Shown here: piece after piece, positions 1 to 13,000 of the stretch
How the letters are laid out: each line of letters starts with the position of its first letter
Position numbering within the stretch: the stretch's first letter is position 1
NCBI GenBank assembly: GCA_034780895.1
Contig: JAUZTB010000078.1
Location: forward strand, 13,497,214-13,561,213
DNA: 64,000 nt
Direction: 5' to 3'
DNA from: Rhynchobatus australiae
Taxonomy: Eukaryota
Notes under the pieces: generated by a model
What the model was told of the DNA's origin: nothing
The model's input: the letters and a program-made list of their open reading frames with translations, nothing else
The model's database searches: none
Program-made: the position numbers and the translations under genes

Positions 1-1241
1 CACTTGTCTAGATGAGTGCAGTGCCAGCATCACACAATAAGCTTATCATATAGCAAAAAGCAGGCCATTTGATTAGCACCACATCCACATCCTAAGTACT
101 TGCTCCTTCTACTACAGGCACATCATGCCTACAAAGCATTCCAATTGGAAAATGCACTATAAGCACTCAGCTCCTCCAACAGTACTTTTCAAACTGCCAC
201 CAAGAAGTATGTTCCCCTCCATGTAACACGACTGACTTGGAAACATTTTGCTATTCCTTCATCATTTCTGGGTATAAATTCTATCACTCCATAGCCAAAG
301 ACAGGGTGGAGTTACCTTCACTAGAAGGACTGCAGAGGTTCAAGTGGGTAGTGCACCATCACCTTTTCAAGGGACCATTCCTAATTTTCTTCGACATGTA
401 CATCTCAATGATGAATATAGGAAAACCTTCTCCAATTGTTTTACTACCTCTCCTGCCCTGTGGAATTGCATTGGCAATTAAACCCCAAACAAAATACACA
501 TACTAATCCAAAAGTTGTTTAACTCATTGGGTACAGACTGCATTGACTGCCAAAGCATTAATCATAATCTAATCTGTCCCACCCTCAAACAGCTACATGA
601 CTGTACAAACTAAAAGGAATTGAAGGTTACACTGATAGGATCATTCTCAATTATGTGGCTGTCTGTTTTGTTGTGCGCAATCTGGCGATTGTGCAGGTTC
701 AGCACTTGCCAGCATCTTCGGACCAGGTGGTAGAGAAGATAGAGGAAGGAGGGAAAGGACGGAGGAAGACTGCACCTTTTTGAGCACTCTTCTGGCCTTG
801 CTATCTGGAACAGTCTAAAAGCATTATATTTTCAGTGAGGAAAAGCCTAAGTCTTTACCTCTCTGAAAATTAGACAGTAATGTCACACAGTGTTCAGAAT
901 TGGTTGATACATGGCAAGCAGTATTTGCTTACACCCAAGCATAAGGTAATGGCCACAGACAACACAAGAATGTCTAATCAATCTTGCTTGATATTCAATG
1001 ACATATTCATTTTCAGGGTCACATTAACATCCTGAGGAATTCAACAGTAACCGGAAACTTAAATGGACCAGCAAAAAAGGATCAGGTTTTCTGCATCAAC
1101 TGGTTCAACTCTTGACTTCCCAAAGGACATAAAGGGTTTGATGACATGCTCTCCATTTGCCTGGATGAATGCATCTCCAACAATATTCAAGAAATTCGAC
1201 ACTAATCAAGACAAAGAATTCATTAGATTGGCACTCCTTAC

Positions 1242-1353
1242 AGTGTGATCTGCAAAAGTTCCATTTTCTGACCCGGTGGTTGTGGCTGTCTATCAAGAGA
1301 AAAATTGTCTTCTTCTTGACTTTTTTGTTTGCCAGGTGTGAGTTCTTGGCTTT
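1242..1353 (-). other. Candidate isolated exon on the minus strand (coding status unknown)
   Basis: Strong acceptor cttttgttttccttcag and donor gtaagg on the minus strand. Two frames are open, but no protein family is recognised. Confidence 0.3.
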
Positions 1354-2513
1354 CTGAAGGAAAACAAAAGGGCAGATGATAGTGAAGGGAGTCGCAATTT
1401 TGAGAAGCATGCTTACACAATTAACAGCTTGTAAATTAGAGCAGATTGTAGGATAAGAAGAAAATTACATGTGAGGCTCAAGACACTCTTTTGATAGATT
1501 GGATTTGCATGTTCTTGAATTCCCTCCATAAACCTCATTTTCCCTTTAAGATACTCTTTAAAACCTTTAATTTGGCATTTGAGAAAAATCTTCTCTTCTA
1601 TTGCAATGTGTCTCAGTTTGAATTTTGTTTACTAATCCTACTTTAGAGCCCCGAAGCACTTATAAAATATTAAGTATACTATGCATTTTTTTTGCATGAG
1701 GTGAACCCCACCCCCGTGTCTGACCTCATCCTGCACCACAGGTATTTGGTTTAATTTATATTCCCTATTGGCAAGATTTGATTACACGCTCTTGCACTCT
1801 TTGGGAGCTGCTTAAGATGCAGGACATATATTTATTCTACATTACTGTATCAGAAGTGGCCATACACGGTTTTCCTAAGGATTCAGAATTGAAAAGCAAT
1901 CTTAATATACTTGCAGAATAACTTCCATTGTCAGAACACTTAAAAGGGTATTACTGTGTCATTGATGTAGAAAGAAGTTGCTTCTAAGTTCTTGATTCTT
2001 GTTGGAAAAGTAGCAAAGGAAGCAGGTGAGAGGGCTAAAACTATGGGAAGGGTTGCTGTACAATGACCATTGTACCTAGATTACTGTAAGGCCTACAGTT
2101 CTCAGTACATCTTCAGTGATAATTCATAGCTCTTTAAATCCTCTTAGGGGCACCATCATTCTCTCCCTGCTCCCTCACAAATTACTGGGCACTGTTCTGA
2201 TTTAGCTGCTCCTTTTTTAACCTAACAATGTAATCAGTGTCACTGCAAACAATTTATTAGTTATCTGTTGTGTGCACTATGTACTGCATCATAACTTAGC
2301 TAACAAATGTTCCCTGTGAAAGGAAAGAACATAAAGTTTAAAATCTGGAACTAATTTGGAAATATTCTTGAAGAAGCCAATACGTATCAGCCAATAATCC
2401 TCCCAACAAACATGACCTTTTGAAAGACACATTCTCAGATATTCCTACAAACATATCCCTAGAGGAATAAAACTGTGCACTACATTCACCACTGCTGCAG
2501 CACACCTGTCTCT

Positions 2514-3195
2514 GGGTCCTTGAAGGGTCTTGACCCGCAATGTCGACTATTTATTTCCCTCCATAGATGCTGCCTGACTTGTTGAGATCCTCCAGCATTT
2601 TGTGTGTGTTGTCCTAGATTTCAGCATCTGCAGAATCTCTGGTATCTCTGTTTTGCTCCTCCACTGCGGTCTCTTCGAGGAATGCCTATCCTGAAGAAGT
2701 TTTCCTCCTCTCTTCGATGGGAGTTCCCTCTCTCACTGCTCCCCCTCTGTGATCTCTGCTGCTCTCCAGCTCTTCAACCATGTGCTCATCCAGATTACTA
2801 CAGCCATGTGTCCTTCCTGGGCACTTGTCTTCACCACCATCTTGCGTCACATGGCTTCCAGCTGTTTCCAAGACTCCCAGTTTGGCCCCAAACAAGGATC
2901 CTAGATACCTGCATTCCACTGACTGCTACTCCCTTCTCTTCTCCCAGATTCTGCATGCCACCCTCGCTGCCATGTAGAGATACCTAGGGCCCTATCTCTT
3001 TCTGTGCCACAGCTCCAGGCCTCGCTCTCCACGAACTGCCATGAACTTCTCCGATGAGTCCTGATGAAGGGTCTTGACCCAAAATGTCAACTATTTATTT
3101 TCCTCCATAGATGCTGCCTGACTTGCTGAGTTCCTCCAGCAGTTTGTGTGTGTTGCCCTGGATTTCAGCATCTGTAGAATCTCTTGCGTCTCTGA
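2514..3195 (+). mobile_element. Internally deleted Penelope-like element: two direct terminal repeats flanking a piece of the ORF 5' region
   Basis: ~130-bp direct repeats (2521-2650, 3065-3193) match the termini of the GIY-YIG elements elsewhere in the window. The spacer encodes DYYSHVSFLGTCLHHHLASHGFQL, resembling a PLE ORF N-terminus. Confidence 0.7.
3056..3092 (+). ncRNA. Degenerate minimal hammerhead ribozyme motif (PLE-associated)
   Basis: gagtc-CTGATGA-a-gggt(cttg)accc-aaaa-tGTC-aact. Core box 1 and stem II are intact; GAAA is mutated at a CpG. Confidence 0.55.
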
Positions 3196-3906
3196 TCCTG
3201 ATCTTCTTTATCATCTTTTTGAGTCAGCAGAATATCCAATGACATGACCAAGATTTGAATGAATTGATCTATTATGGCAAGTAGATGTTCAAAGAGAAAA
3301 CAAAATTGAGTTTCTGATCAAAATGAAATATATGACTAGTTTCACAGTATCACAAGGCAAAGGAAGACACATTGTGAAAATGGAAGAAAACACATTCAGC
3401 AAACTCAAAGCGACATACCTCAATTAAAAGTGACCTGTTCTCTGAGGCAGAGAGGAGCAATACAAACAGGATAGTATAGAAGGTATTAGCAGGCTGAATC
3501 CTGGCTTCTGTCTCCCCTCTGCCTAGCATGCATCCCACCATTCCACCCCAATTCACTAGCCACCATGCAGCAGCATAGTTTCAGTCCCTTAGTGTTTATT
3601 AAGGGCAATTTGTGTTTTCTTTAAAGCTCAGGAAACTTTGATTCCTACCATTATATGTTTTGCAATTATGACACTATAGTATTGGCACTTTTGATTCTGG
3701 TCAATAAAATTAAGAGCAGCTCCTGCTTCCCTAATTATTTGTACTGGAAACCTAACACATCAGAATATGATTGGGAACGACAGCCCAGCTCTGCTTATAT
3801 AACCATCATGAAACCTTGGCAAGAATTCATGTTACGAAACAACTGGAGACTATTCTTGCAATTTCAGTGGATGAGCTGTAACGTGATTTGCACAACCCAC
3901 TCCTGG

Positions 3907-3914
3907 TATAAAAG
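3907..3914 (+). promoter_or_regulatory. TATA box of the SOUL/HEBP2-like gene
   Basis: TATAAAAG about 110 bp upstream of the exon-1 donor (AT|gtgagt at 4018/4019). C/EBP-like TTGCACAA at 3888-3895 lies just upstream. Confidence 0.7.
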
Positions 3915-4016
3915 CTATATCGTATACAACGTACACTGCAGTTGGTTTGCTAAGCACTAAATAAATAGTCATCTACAGAACACAGAAGAGTTGAGAGAGA
4001 AACCTGGACAACAATA

Positions 4017-4018
4017 AT
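4017..4018 (+). CDS. SOUL-like exon 1 coding part ('AT' of the split ATG); 5'UTR from about 3937
   Basis: acaataAT|gtgagt is a consensus donor. The next exon starts with G, completing the ATG. A at -3 (Kozak), TATA upstream. Confidence 0.75.
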
Positions 4019-7000
4019 GTGAGTTTTCCAAAATATATTTTCTTGATTTGATAATAGTCATTGCACTTTTAAAACAGAGTAACTCACTGCATGTGAAGGA
4101 TTTTTAATATTACTGAAATGTGAAATGAGATATATGTTGCAAAATTTTACTTTAATTAGAATTAAATGATCTGTTTTGGACTAATGTAATTCAATTGTCA
4201 GAAATTTACTCAAATTGTTAACATGCAAGGTTGATTTCCTACATTTTCCACAGTAATCCTCAGCCCCAACCACCTTTTCCATCTATATTACTATTTCACT
4301 CATTATGATATTGTGCCCATTAGGCACTCCCTAATGTGCGTATTGTACTGTACCCTGATCCACTTTCCTCTAAAGTTTTTAAAGCACTTGAGGAATGAAC
4401 ACAGTGTGCAGTAGCTTTCCTTATAAGAAACAGGAGAAATCAGCCATTTGGTTCCTCAAGCTTGCTCTGCCATTCAACAATGTCCTGGTTGATCTTCTAC
4501 CTCAACATCATTTTCCTACCCTATCCCCATTTCCTTTGATTCTTTTTAATATTCAGAAATATATTGATCTTTGTACTGAATGAACTTAATGACTGAGCCT
4601 CCAGGGCACTCTGGGATAGGGGATTACATTCGGCACTATCTTAGTGAAGATAGTCGGCACTATCTTAGTGAAGAAATTTTTCCTCATTTCAGTCCTAAAT
4701 GGCCTCCCCTTTGACATGGCAGTCCTGGTTCTAGNNNNNNNNNNNNNNNNNNNNNNNNNNNNNNNNNNNNNNNNNNNNNNNNNNNNNNNNNNNNNNNNNN
4801 NNNNNNNNNNNNNNNNNNNNNNNNNNNNNNNNNNNNNNNNNNNNNNNNNNNNNNNNNNNNNGTGGGACATAATCTAACCTTAGGCTAGGTCTTATCAGTA
4901 AAAAGTAATTCCCAAACATGACCTCTACACTCCACACGGACTCTAAATGCTGAAACAGTTGATTTGTAAAAAACTGATAGGCCTGATTTACTTGTGTATT
5001 TACTCATTCCTATAAAATTAATGAGCCAAATTCTGAAGGGTCCCCACCAACTCTACTCTTCTCTGCTTGCCTTTCCAAGGTGAAGTAGATCTGGCTTCAA
5101 CAGTACCAGAATATTACTGCTTACTGGTGTGGAATTCTGAATAGAGTGTACAATATTAACTCCTTGTACCAGGAGTGGGGACAAATGGTTAGCTGGGGTT
5201 TAATTTTCTCTTATTTTCAATGATGAAATGTGGACATTGCTAGTCAGCCTGGCATTTATTATCCATCCCAAGCTGTGTTTGAAGAGGTACTGGCAGGCAT
5301 CCTTGTTCAACCAGTGCAGTCTGTCTGATAATGGTACCCCCAGAGTGTTATTGGGTGGGAAATTCCAAGAATTTAATCCAACAATAATGGAGGAATGGTG
5401 AAATATTTCTATGGAGACACAACAGATTGCTGGCATCTGGAGCAAAAAAATAAGCTGCTGCAGGAACTCAGTGGGTCAGGTACATCTATGAAGGGAAATG
5501 GACAGTCGACGATTTAGGTCAAGACCCTTCATCTGGACTGAAAGAGGGAAGATAACTAATATAAAGAGGTGAAGAGGAGGGGTGGAGCAAGAACTGGCAA
5601 GCGATAGGTGGATCTAGGTGAGCAGGGGTTGATAGGCAGATGGAGTCACTTGGGGGATGGAAGTTGGAGATAGCGATAGAAGCTGGGAGGTGATGGTGGN
5701 NNNNNNNNNNNNNNNNNNNNNNNNNNNNNNNNNNNNNNNNNNNNNNNNNNNNNNNNNNNNNNNNNNNNNNNNNNNNNNNNNNNNNNNNNNNAGTGGGAGC
5801 AGTGTGTGGGTGATAGGTGGATGGAATAGTGGGAGAAGGGGAAGAAACTGGGAAACAGAAGATCGTGGGGGGGGGGGGAGGAAGGATGTTGGAAAGAAGG
5901 ATGTGTGTGAAAGGACCTGCGTAGATCATGAGAGAGAAAGGAACAGATGCAGAGCAGGTTACCTGAAATTAGAGAATTCAATGTTCATGACATCAGGTTG
6001 TAGATGACCCAGGAGGAATATGAGGTGCTATTCTTTTGGTTTTCGTTTGGCTTCACTCTGGCAGTGGAGGACATTGAGGACAGACAGGTCAGTGCTGGAA
6101 TAGGAAAGGGAATGATTTACAACCATGAGCTCCAGATGGCCATTGAGGATAGAACAAAGCCTGCCCCGCCATTCAATATGATCATGGCTGGCCTCAACCC
6201 TTCTTCTGTGTAGTTCTTCATAGTCGTCAATCTTTCAACTTTTTCTCTTACCACCTTAAATATGTATACTTATCTAGTTCCCTCCACCTTCTGAGGCACA
6301 GAAATTCACTATCCTCTGAAAGAAAAAATTTCTATACACCTCAGTTTTAAATGACCAGCCCTTTATCTTGTAACTATGTGCCCTTGTTTGTGACTTTCCC
6401 ACAAATGAAAACATCTCTAGATGCCTTGGAAAGGCCCTTCCCCACGACCATCTCCGTGGCGGGTAAGCAGTCGGTGGCACCCCTACTTGGGTAGGAAATA
6501 GACCAATAATGGTGCAAGTATCAGTCAACATTATGCAAATGATGTGCCCTCTCATAAATCCTTGAAGCTCCAAGATGATGACTGGGGGGTAACCACCAAA
6601 TTTTCAGCTCACAGATTTTTGGAATTTTAATTTTCCACCAAAGCACTGTTTTAGAGAATATGTTAAGTGACTCTCAGCAATCCTACAATTAACATCAAAA
6701 AAGTATTAACAAAACGTCAAGACATTTGTTCTATTTTCTCAAGGAACTGCATTATCAACAGAAAGAAGACTTTGTGCACCAACTAATATGTATAAACAGA
6801 AAGCACAGAAGAGAATGATGCTACAGTAACAAATGTGACGAAGTCTGCAATCTGAATCAATGTAAACTTACAGTTCTGGTTAAAAGTACTGAGAGCAAAG
6901 GCATGTGAATTAAAAGGGATTGAAGATCTTCAGTTTTTATTTGTACTGTTGAAACAGTTAAAAACAATTACTGTCAGAAACTTGTTATTCCCACAAGGGT

Positions 7001-10000
7001 TGGCAAAAATATGTGGTACAAAATGATCTATTCCAGCTGAATTACATATGCCAACCACACACTGATAGTTCTGGCAACAAGATAAAGATCTCCCAAAAGT
7101 ACGGAAAGGAATAAGTGAAAACTCAAGGATTTGATAAGTAATGACAACAACTAGCAAGTAAGGGTAATACAACAACGAAAGATTTGTGTCTTTCATAACC
7201 TCTAGACATGTAGCTGATGAAGTACTTTTGAAATTTAACTCTTGTAATGCAAGAACACAGCAGTCAATTTCCACGAAGCGAGTTTCAGCAGCATTATAAG
7301 AAACAGGGGCAGAAATATAGTCTGTCATTAAGATCAGTCTCAATAGCACTTTACTTCCTAAACCCCATGATTCTCTGTAGTCCAACAAGTTTGTGTTTGA
7401 AAATGTTTAATGACCCTCTGAGGTGGGGGATTCCAAAGCTCCACAACCTCTGAGAGTAAAAAGTCCTCTTCATCTAACTCCTAAGTGGCTGACCCTTTAT
7501 CCTATTACTTTGTTTCCTGGTTCTATTAGATACATGATAGGCAATAATTGCTGGTTTTGCCAGCCATGTCCGCACCCCATGAGAAAATAATTGTTGACTT
7601 CTTCCACTGCCATCTAGTGACGAGGTAATATCACTAAATAAGTTGATTCAAAACTTCATTCGTATTACTAAGATAACTTGAATGTTTGCAAAGTGAACCA
7701 ATAGAAAAGACAAAATACTTTAAAATATTTTATAAAGTATTTTTATGATTTATTTTCATTGAATATTACACTTAAAAAGTAGATTTTCAAAATGAAGAAT
7801 GAAAATGCAAGTATTTGTCAATTGGTTCCATTTGCTTCTTTTTATCTTCAGGTACTGGACGGGACTGTTTCTATTTCTCTTATTTGGTCTGATGGAGGCT
7901 GCAAACAGGTCAGAAAACAGACTATATAATTACATATAAAGGGAGAATGAAATTCAATTACAATCTGATAATATAGTCTAGAATAGTAGAAGACTTCATT
8001 AGAGCAGAACCATGTGTATCTCCATCTAACTTTCCACTTTGTACTGAATTATGAGTGATTACTTTTGGCNNNNNNNNNNNNNNNNNNNNNNNNNNNNNNN
8101 NNNNNNNNNNNNNNNNNNNNNNNNNNNNNNNNNNNNNNNNNNNNNNNNNNNNNNNNNNNNNNNNNNNNNGTGATTACTTTTGGCTGATTTTAGCTAAAAG
8201 AAAAATTACAGGATGACATTGAGTGGGGAAAGGCATTGGGTGTGGACAGTCAAATAGCCAGGCAACAGTCAATGCATAGATTCACATTTAATAGAATAGC
8301 TCCTTGCATGCTGCCAGAGGGAGTTAATTACAGACAACCCCAGCTTTACAGCAGTTCAGGTAATGGAAATTTGCCCTTATGGCATTCAAAAATCACTACC
8401 AAAATATCATGGATACGGAATAAAAGTTCTCTCTTATGAAATTCAACGGTAAAAAGTACATAAATGAACACAAAACTAATTTTGTTCAACTCGCATTTTT
8501 TGACACGAGCACGGAGGACACAGCTTTGCATTCAGTAAAATCATGATGCTGTTTTCTGGGAATGCCCCCCTGTAAAACAGAAGTCACCTGTACAGAGCGG
8601 CAGCTCTGAAAGCTGGAGAGCAGAGTGGGGAAGCAAATCAATGTAAAAAATAACATAAAGTAGTCAGGTTTTGTTCAGATACAAGATGGATTGCTCCACA
8701 AAGTGAGGCCTTTGTCTTGGGGATTGCAAACCCTTGATATTATGTGAGTAGGATTTTCCACTAGCTCTCCCCATGACTAAACACAGCATGACAATGGCAA
8801 AATAACCTTCATTCTTCTAAAAATCAGAAAGTAGCCATGAATTGGCTGCTGTGTGACAGTGTTAATCTGTAATATATGAAGGAAAATACTGGGCAAAAGC
8901 AAAAATAATAGCTGTTTCTGGACCTCACTTAAGCATGTTGGGTGGCCCAGTGCCACAGCTGGTAGAGCTTCTACCTCACAACTCCAGCAACCTGGGTTCA
9001 TTCCTGACCTTAGGAGGGTGGAGTTTGCATGTTATTTTATGATTGACAATCACAATTCCTGGAGTTTGCATGTCACGGTGGTTTCCTCTGGGTGGTCCAG
9101 TATCCTTCCACGTCCCAAAGACATGCAGGTTGGTGGGTTAATTGGCCACTGTAAATTTATAATTTGCTTCTACTGGGCAGAGTTAGAAGTAAAATCTGGG
9201 GGTGGGGGGAGGATGGAGGAATGTTATTGGGAATCTGGGGAGAATAAAATGTGATTATGATAAAATAAGTGTAAATGGGTGTTTGGTGGACAGTGCAGTA
9301 TTGTTGGACTGAAGGTTTGCTTCCATGCTGTATGACTCAACGTTTAATTAAATAGTATACCATTCAAATCTGGAGTAGCACTGCTATACAAGTTCCTATA
9401 AAGTTATACAAGGTCTCTGTCTTCTAGCTGATCACTGTAGGTCTTATGGAGCTGCCATCATTATCATCTGAGTTAGGGAAGAACAAAGAAGTGTCTACTT
9501 ATCCTTATCCAGTAACTCTTGCTTGATAATGCCCAAGGAAATATTGAATGAGAATATTGATTGCATCCTTCACCAAAATTGATTACTGAAATCAAACTAT
9601 AGTGCTCATCAATGCTCACCACTGGAAGGTGCAGCCTGGTGTATTACCCTACCCAATTGCTAAAATTAATTCCTGAGGCGGAAAGCAATAGAGAAAAATA
9701 CTTGGGCCAAGCACAGTAAATTCCATTAGATCCTATTCAATCATACCCAGGAAATCATGACTAGCCATGCTACAAAACTATGTAGCTCCATCTCCCACTC
9801 ACTCTTTGCTAAATGCAGCTTTAAATGTTCTTAAAATTTGGCTCCAGAGGAAAGGGTCATGTCTGAGTCAGATTGCCTATCCTGCTACATTTAAAATCAT
9901 CTTCAAAGCTGCTATTTTACTAGAACCTTAAATGTAGCATGACACTTAACAATATTTGTATTAATAAAAAGCAACTTTTACCACCAAGCCACAAAAGGAG

Positions 10001-13000
10001 ATTATCAGGGACAATAACTTGATTAGTCAAAACTTTGGGTATAAGCAAGGAGTGAGAGGTGGGGTTTTAGTGGTTTAGGGAGAGAATTGCAGACCTTAGG
10101 GCCCAGGGAGCTGAAAACATGACTGCCAACAGTTCAGTACAGCAATGGGGATAGCAAAAGGCTGGAAGTGGAAGATAGAATTGTAGGCGTTGGAGAAGGT
10201 TACAGAGATTGGGAAATCTGAAACAATGCAGAGTTTGGAAAACATGGTTGAAGGAGGTTAATGGATCTGTCAAAATGTAACCATCACTTTACACATTTAT
10301 AATGCACACATATAAACTGAGGTCAAGAATAATTTGGTTAATCTTCATTTCTAATTGTTCTTTTCTTTGACCAGTAATTCCAGACCAGCTCACTGCAAAG
10401 AAGGAAAGGAATGTTTCAATTATGATCTTATTTGTGCAAATTCAGGTTACGAGGTGAGAAGCAGAGATCAATCAATTTTCAATTTTAGAATTTACAGAGA
10501 GAATGCACACAATGCAAACACTTGTAATGTTTTCTTTGCTACTTATACTGAATAAATAGAAATCANNNNNNNNNNNNNNNNNNNNNNNNNNNNNNNNNNN
10601 NNNNNNNNNNNNNNNNNNNNNNNNNNNNNNNNNNNNNNNNNNNNNNNNNNNNNNNNNNNNNNNNNTTTGCTACTTATACTGAATAAATAGAAATCAAAGA
10701 AGAGTTGTTGGATTCTATCATTAGTTCTTTCATTAAATCTTCAACATAAAACTACCTTACATTACATCCAATAGGCAATTGTTAGAGAATTTATTTAACA
10801 TACTAAGTAATCACAGACACTTAAAAGATAAATTCATGGTGTTATTGATACAATTGGTCCTTTCAATACTGGAGAGGACTAGGATTTGAATTTGATTCAC
10901 TCTACAACTCTGACAGCTATAAGCAACCATCACAAAACAAAATAGAACAGTCACAACTTAGATTCTAGTGTGGATGGATACAGTCAACAAAACCACTTTC
11001 AATTAGTCCAGACTGACACTCACATCGGGAAGGAACCAGGAAAGTGGCCAATGTGGGAAACAAGTAATAAAATAACATAGCGAGAGTTAACACATATTTA
11101 TCTGGACCAAGTAGTGAAGCTTTAACTAGATTGGAGGTGAACTGACTGGTTATTGTTTAATCACTGTTTTATATGCAGGTTCGTCATTATAAGGCATCTA
11201 AGTGGGTTGCAACCAACACTACAAGTTTTTTTATGGAATTTGCCAGCTATGAAGGATTCAAAAAGCTCTTTCAATACATCCAGGGAAAAAATGAAGAAGG
11301 TATGAATAATAACATATCAACTGAACAGTAACAATCAATTTTACTGCAATATTTACCACTATATTACATATTTTATTTCAAAACAAAATATTTCCTCTCA
11401 CAAAAGAAACTAAAAATTCACTGATATAAAAATCCAAAGAAGTGGGTTTGATCCTGACCTCAAGTGGTCTGTGTAGACTTTGCACATCCTCCCTGTGTCC
11501 TTGTGGATTTCCCCCAGGTACGCTGGCTTCCTCCTACATCCCAAGCACATACTAGTACATTAAATACTACTGTAAAATACCCCTTAGTGTAGGTAAGAGG
11601 CAAAAAAATTTAGGGGAGTTTGATGGGCATGAGAGAAAGAATAAGCTATAGGAATACAGGGAAATAAGGTGGGGGGAGGGGAATTGAGACTGATAGAATT
11701 GCACTTTTAGGAACTGGCATAGAACCAATGGGTTGACTGGCGTCCTTCTATGCGGTAGCAAGTAATATCTCAACACTTGCCCCAATCACCAATTATTCTG
11801 CTTTGGTAAGCCCCTTTTGCCAAAGAAAAACAGAATGTCACCCAGGTCATTCTTAGCCTTCCTAGTAACAGCTTTCAGGGCAGATAAAAGATGAGAGAAG
11901 ATTGCCCATTTATTCATCCTCCAGCCTGGAAGCATGTATGGTCCAACAAGAATCAAGCAAGCCACAACATTGTTAAAAATAATCAAACCTTTTTTTTTAA
12001 TGTTTATGTGTTTAATAGTCATTAAAATCTTTGCCCAATTACTTCAAAAGGCTGTGCCAAGATTATGCAAACAGCAAACAGGTTAGTGTTGAGGTACATA
12101 TTTAAGGAACAGAGGAAGGTGGAAAATCAGAGGAGTTGAGAGGAAGGAATTCTAGATAAAGGGATAAAAGATCGTAAACCTGAAACATTAAGGTTTTATC
12201 TCTTCACATATGCTGCCTGGCCTCCTGAGTATTTCTGGCATTCTCTGCTTATGTCAGATTTCTAATCTTGATGGTATTTTGTAAATTGAGGCTGAAGCCT
12301 ACATCAAGAATAGTTTGAAAAACAGAATTAAGCATTTAACAACTGGCTGGAATCAAAGTTAAAAAAGGTTTGGAGGGATCTGTATGAGATCATGGAGGCA
12401 AACAGTGATAGGAATTTTACTTTTAAGTGATGCATAAGGTTAGGAAGAATGGTGCAATGATCTTGGGGAGCATGATTGATGTAATCAACAACCAAGTTAT
12501 GAACAATGCAACTTGTGAAGGAAGGAAGGCCTGCTGAAGTCTTATTGTTGAGGTAGGGGTAGAGGCATGAGATGAAAGTAAGCAGTCTTTGTGAGAGTGA
12601 GGAAATGGTAACATAAACTTGGCAGAGGACTTGAATAGGTCTCCAAAGATGCAAATAGTCAGGTTACGACTCAAACAGTGGTAAGCAGTGGTAAGGAAAG
12701 GAAGGTGACCCAGTGACCATTGTTGAGCTAACTATGGTNNNNNNNNNNNNNNNNNNNNNNNNNNNNNNNNNNNNNNNNNNNNNNNNNNNNNNNNNNNNNN
12801 NNNNNNNNNNNNNNNNNNNNNNNNNNNNNNNNNNNNNNNNNNNNNNNNNNNNNNNNNNNTTGGTATAAAGAGGGAACTTTGGCTGACCCCTGCTCTGCAG
12901 ATAATGTAACCAAGGGAAAAAAATAAGATGAGGAAGTATGACCAAGAATGGTATTTTGAGCAACCCTGAAGGTGATACATGGAAGCATATAAAAGTTACA

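Noticed and set aside
859-862. 4-nt minus-strand micro-exon (cag|agag|gtaaag)
   Set aside because: It would need a 44-nt downstream intron, too short for vertebrate splicing.
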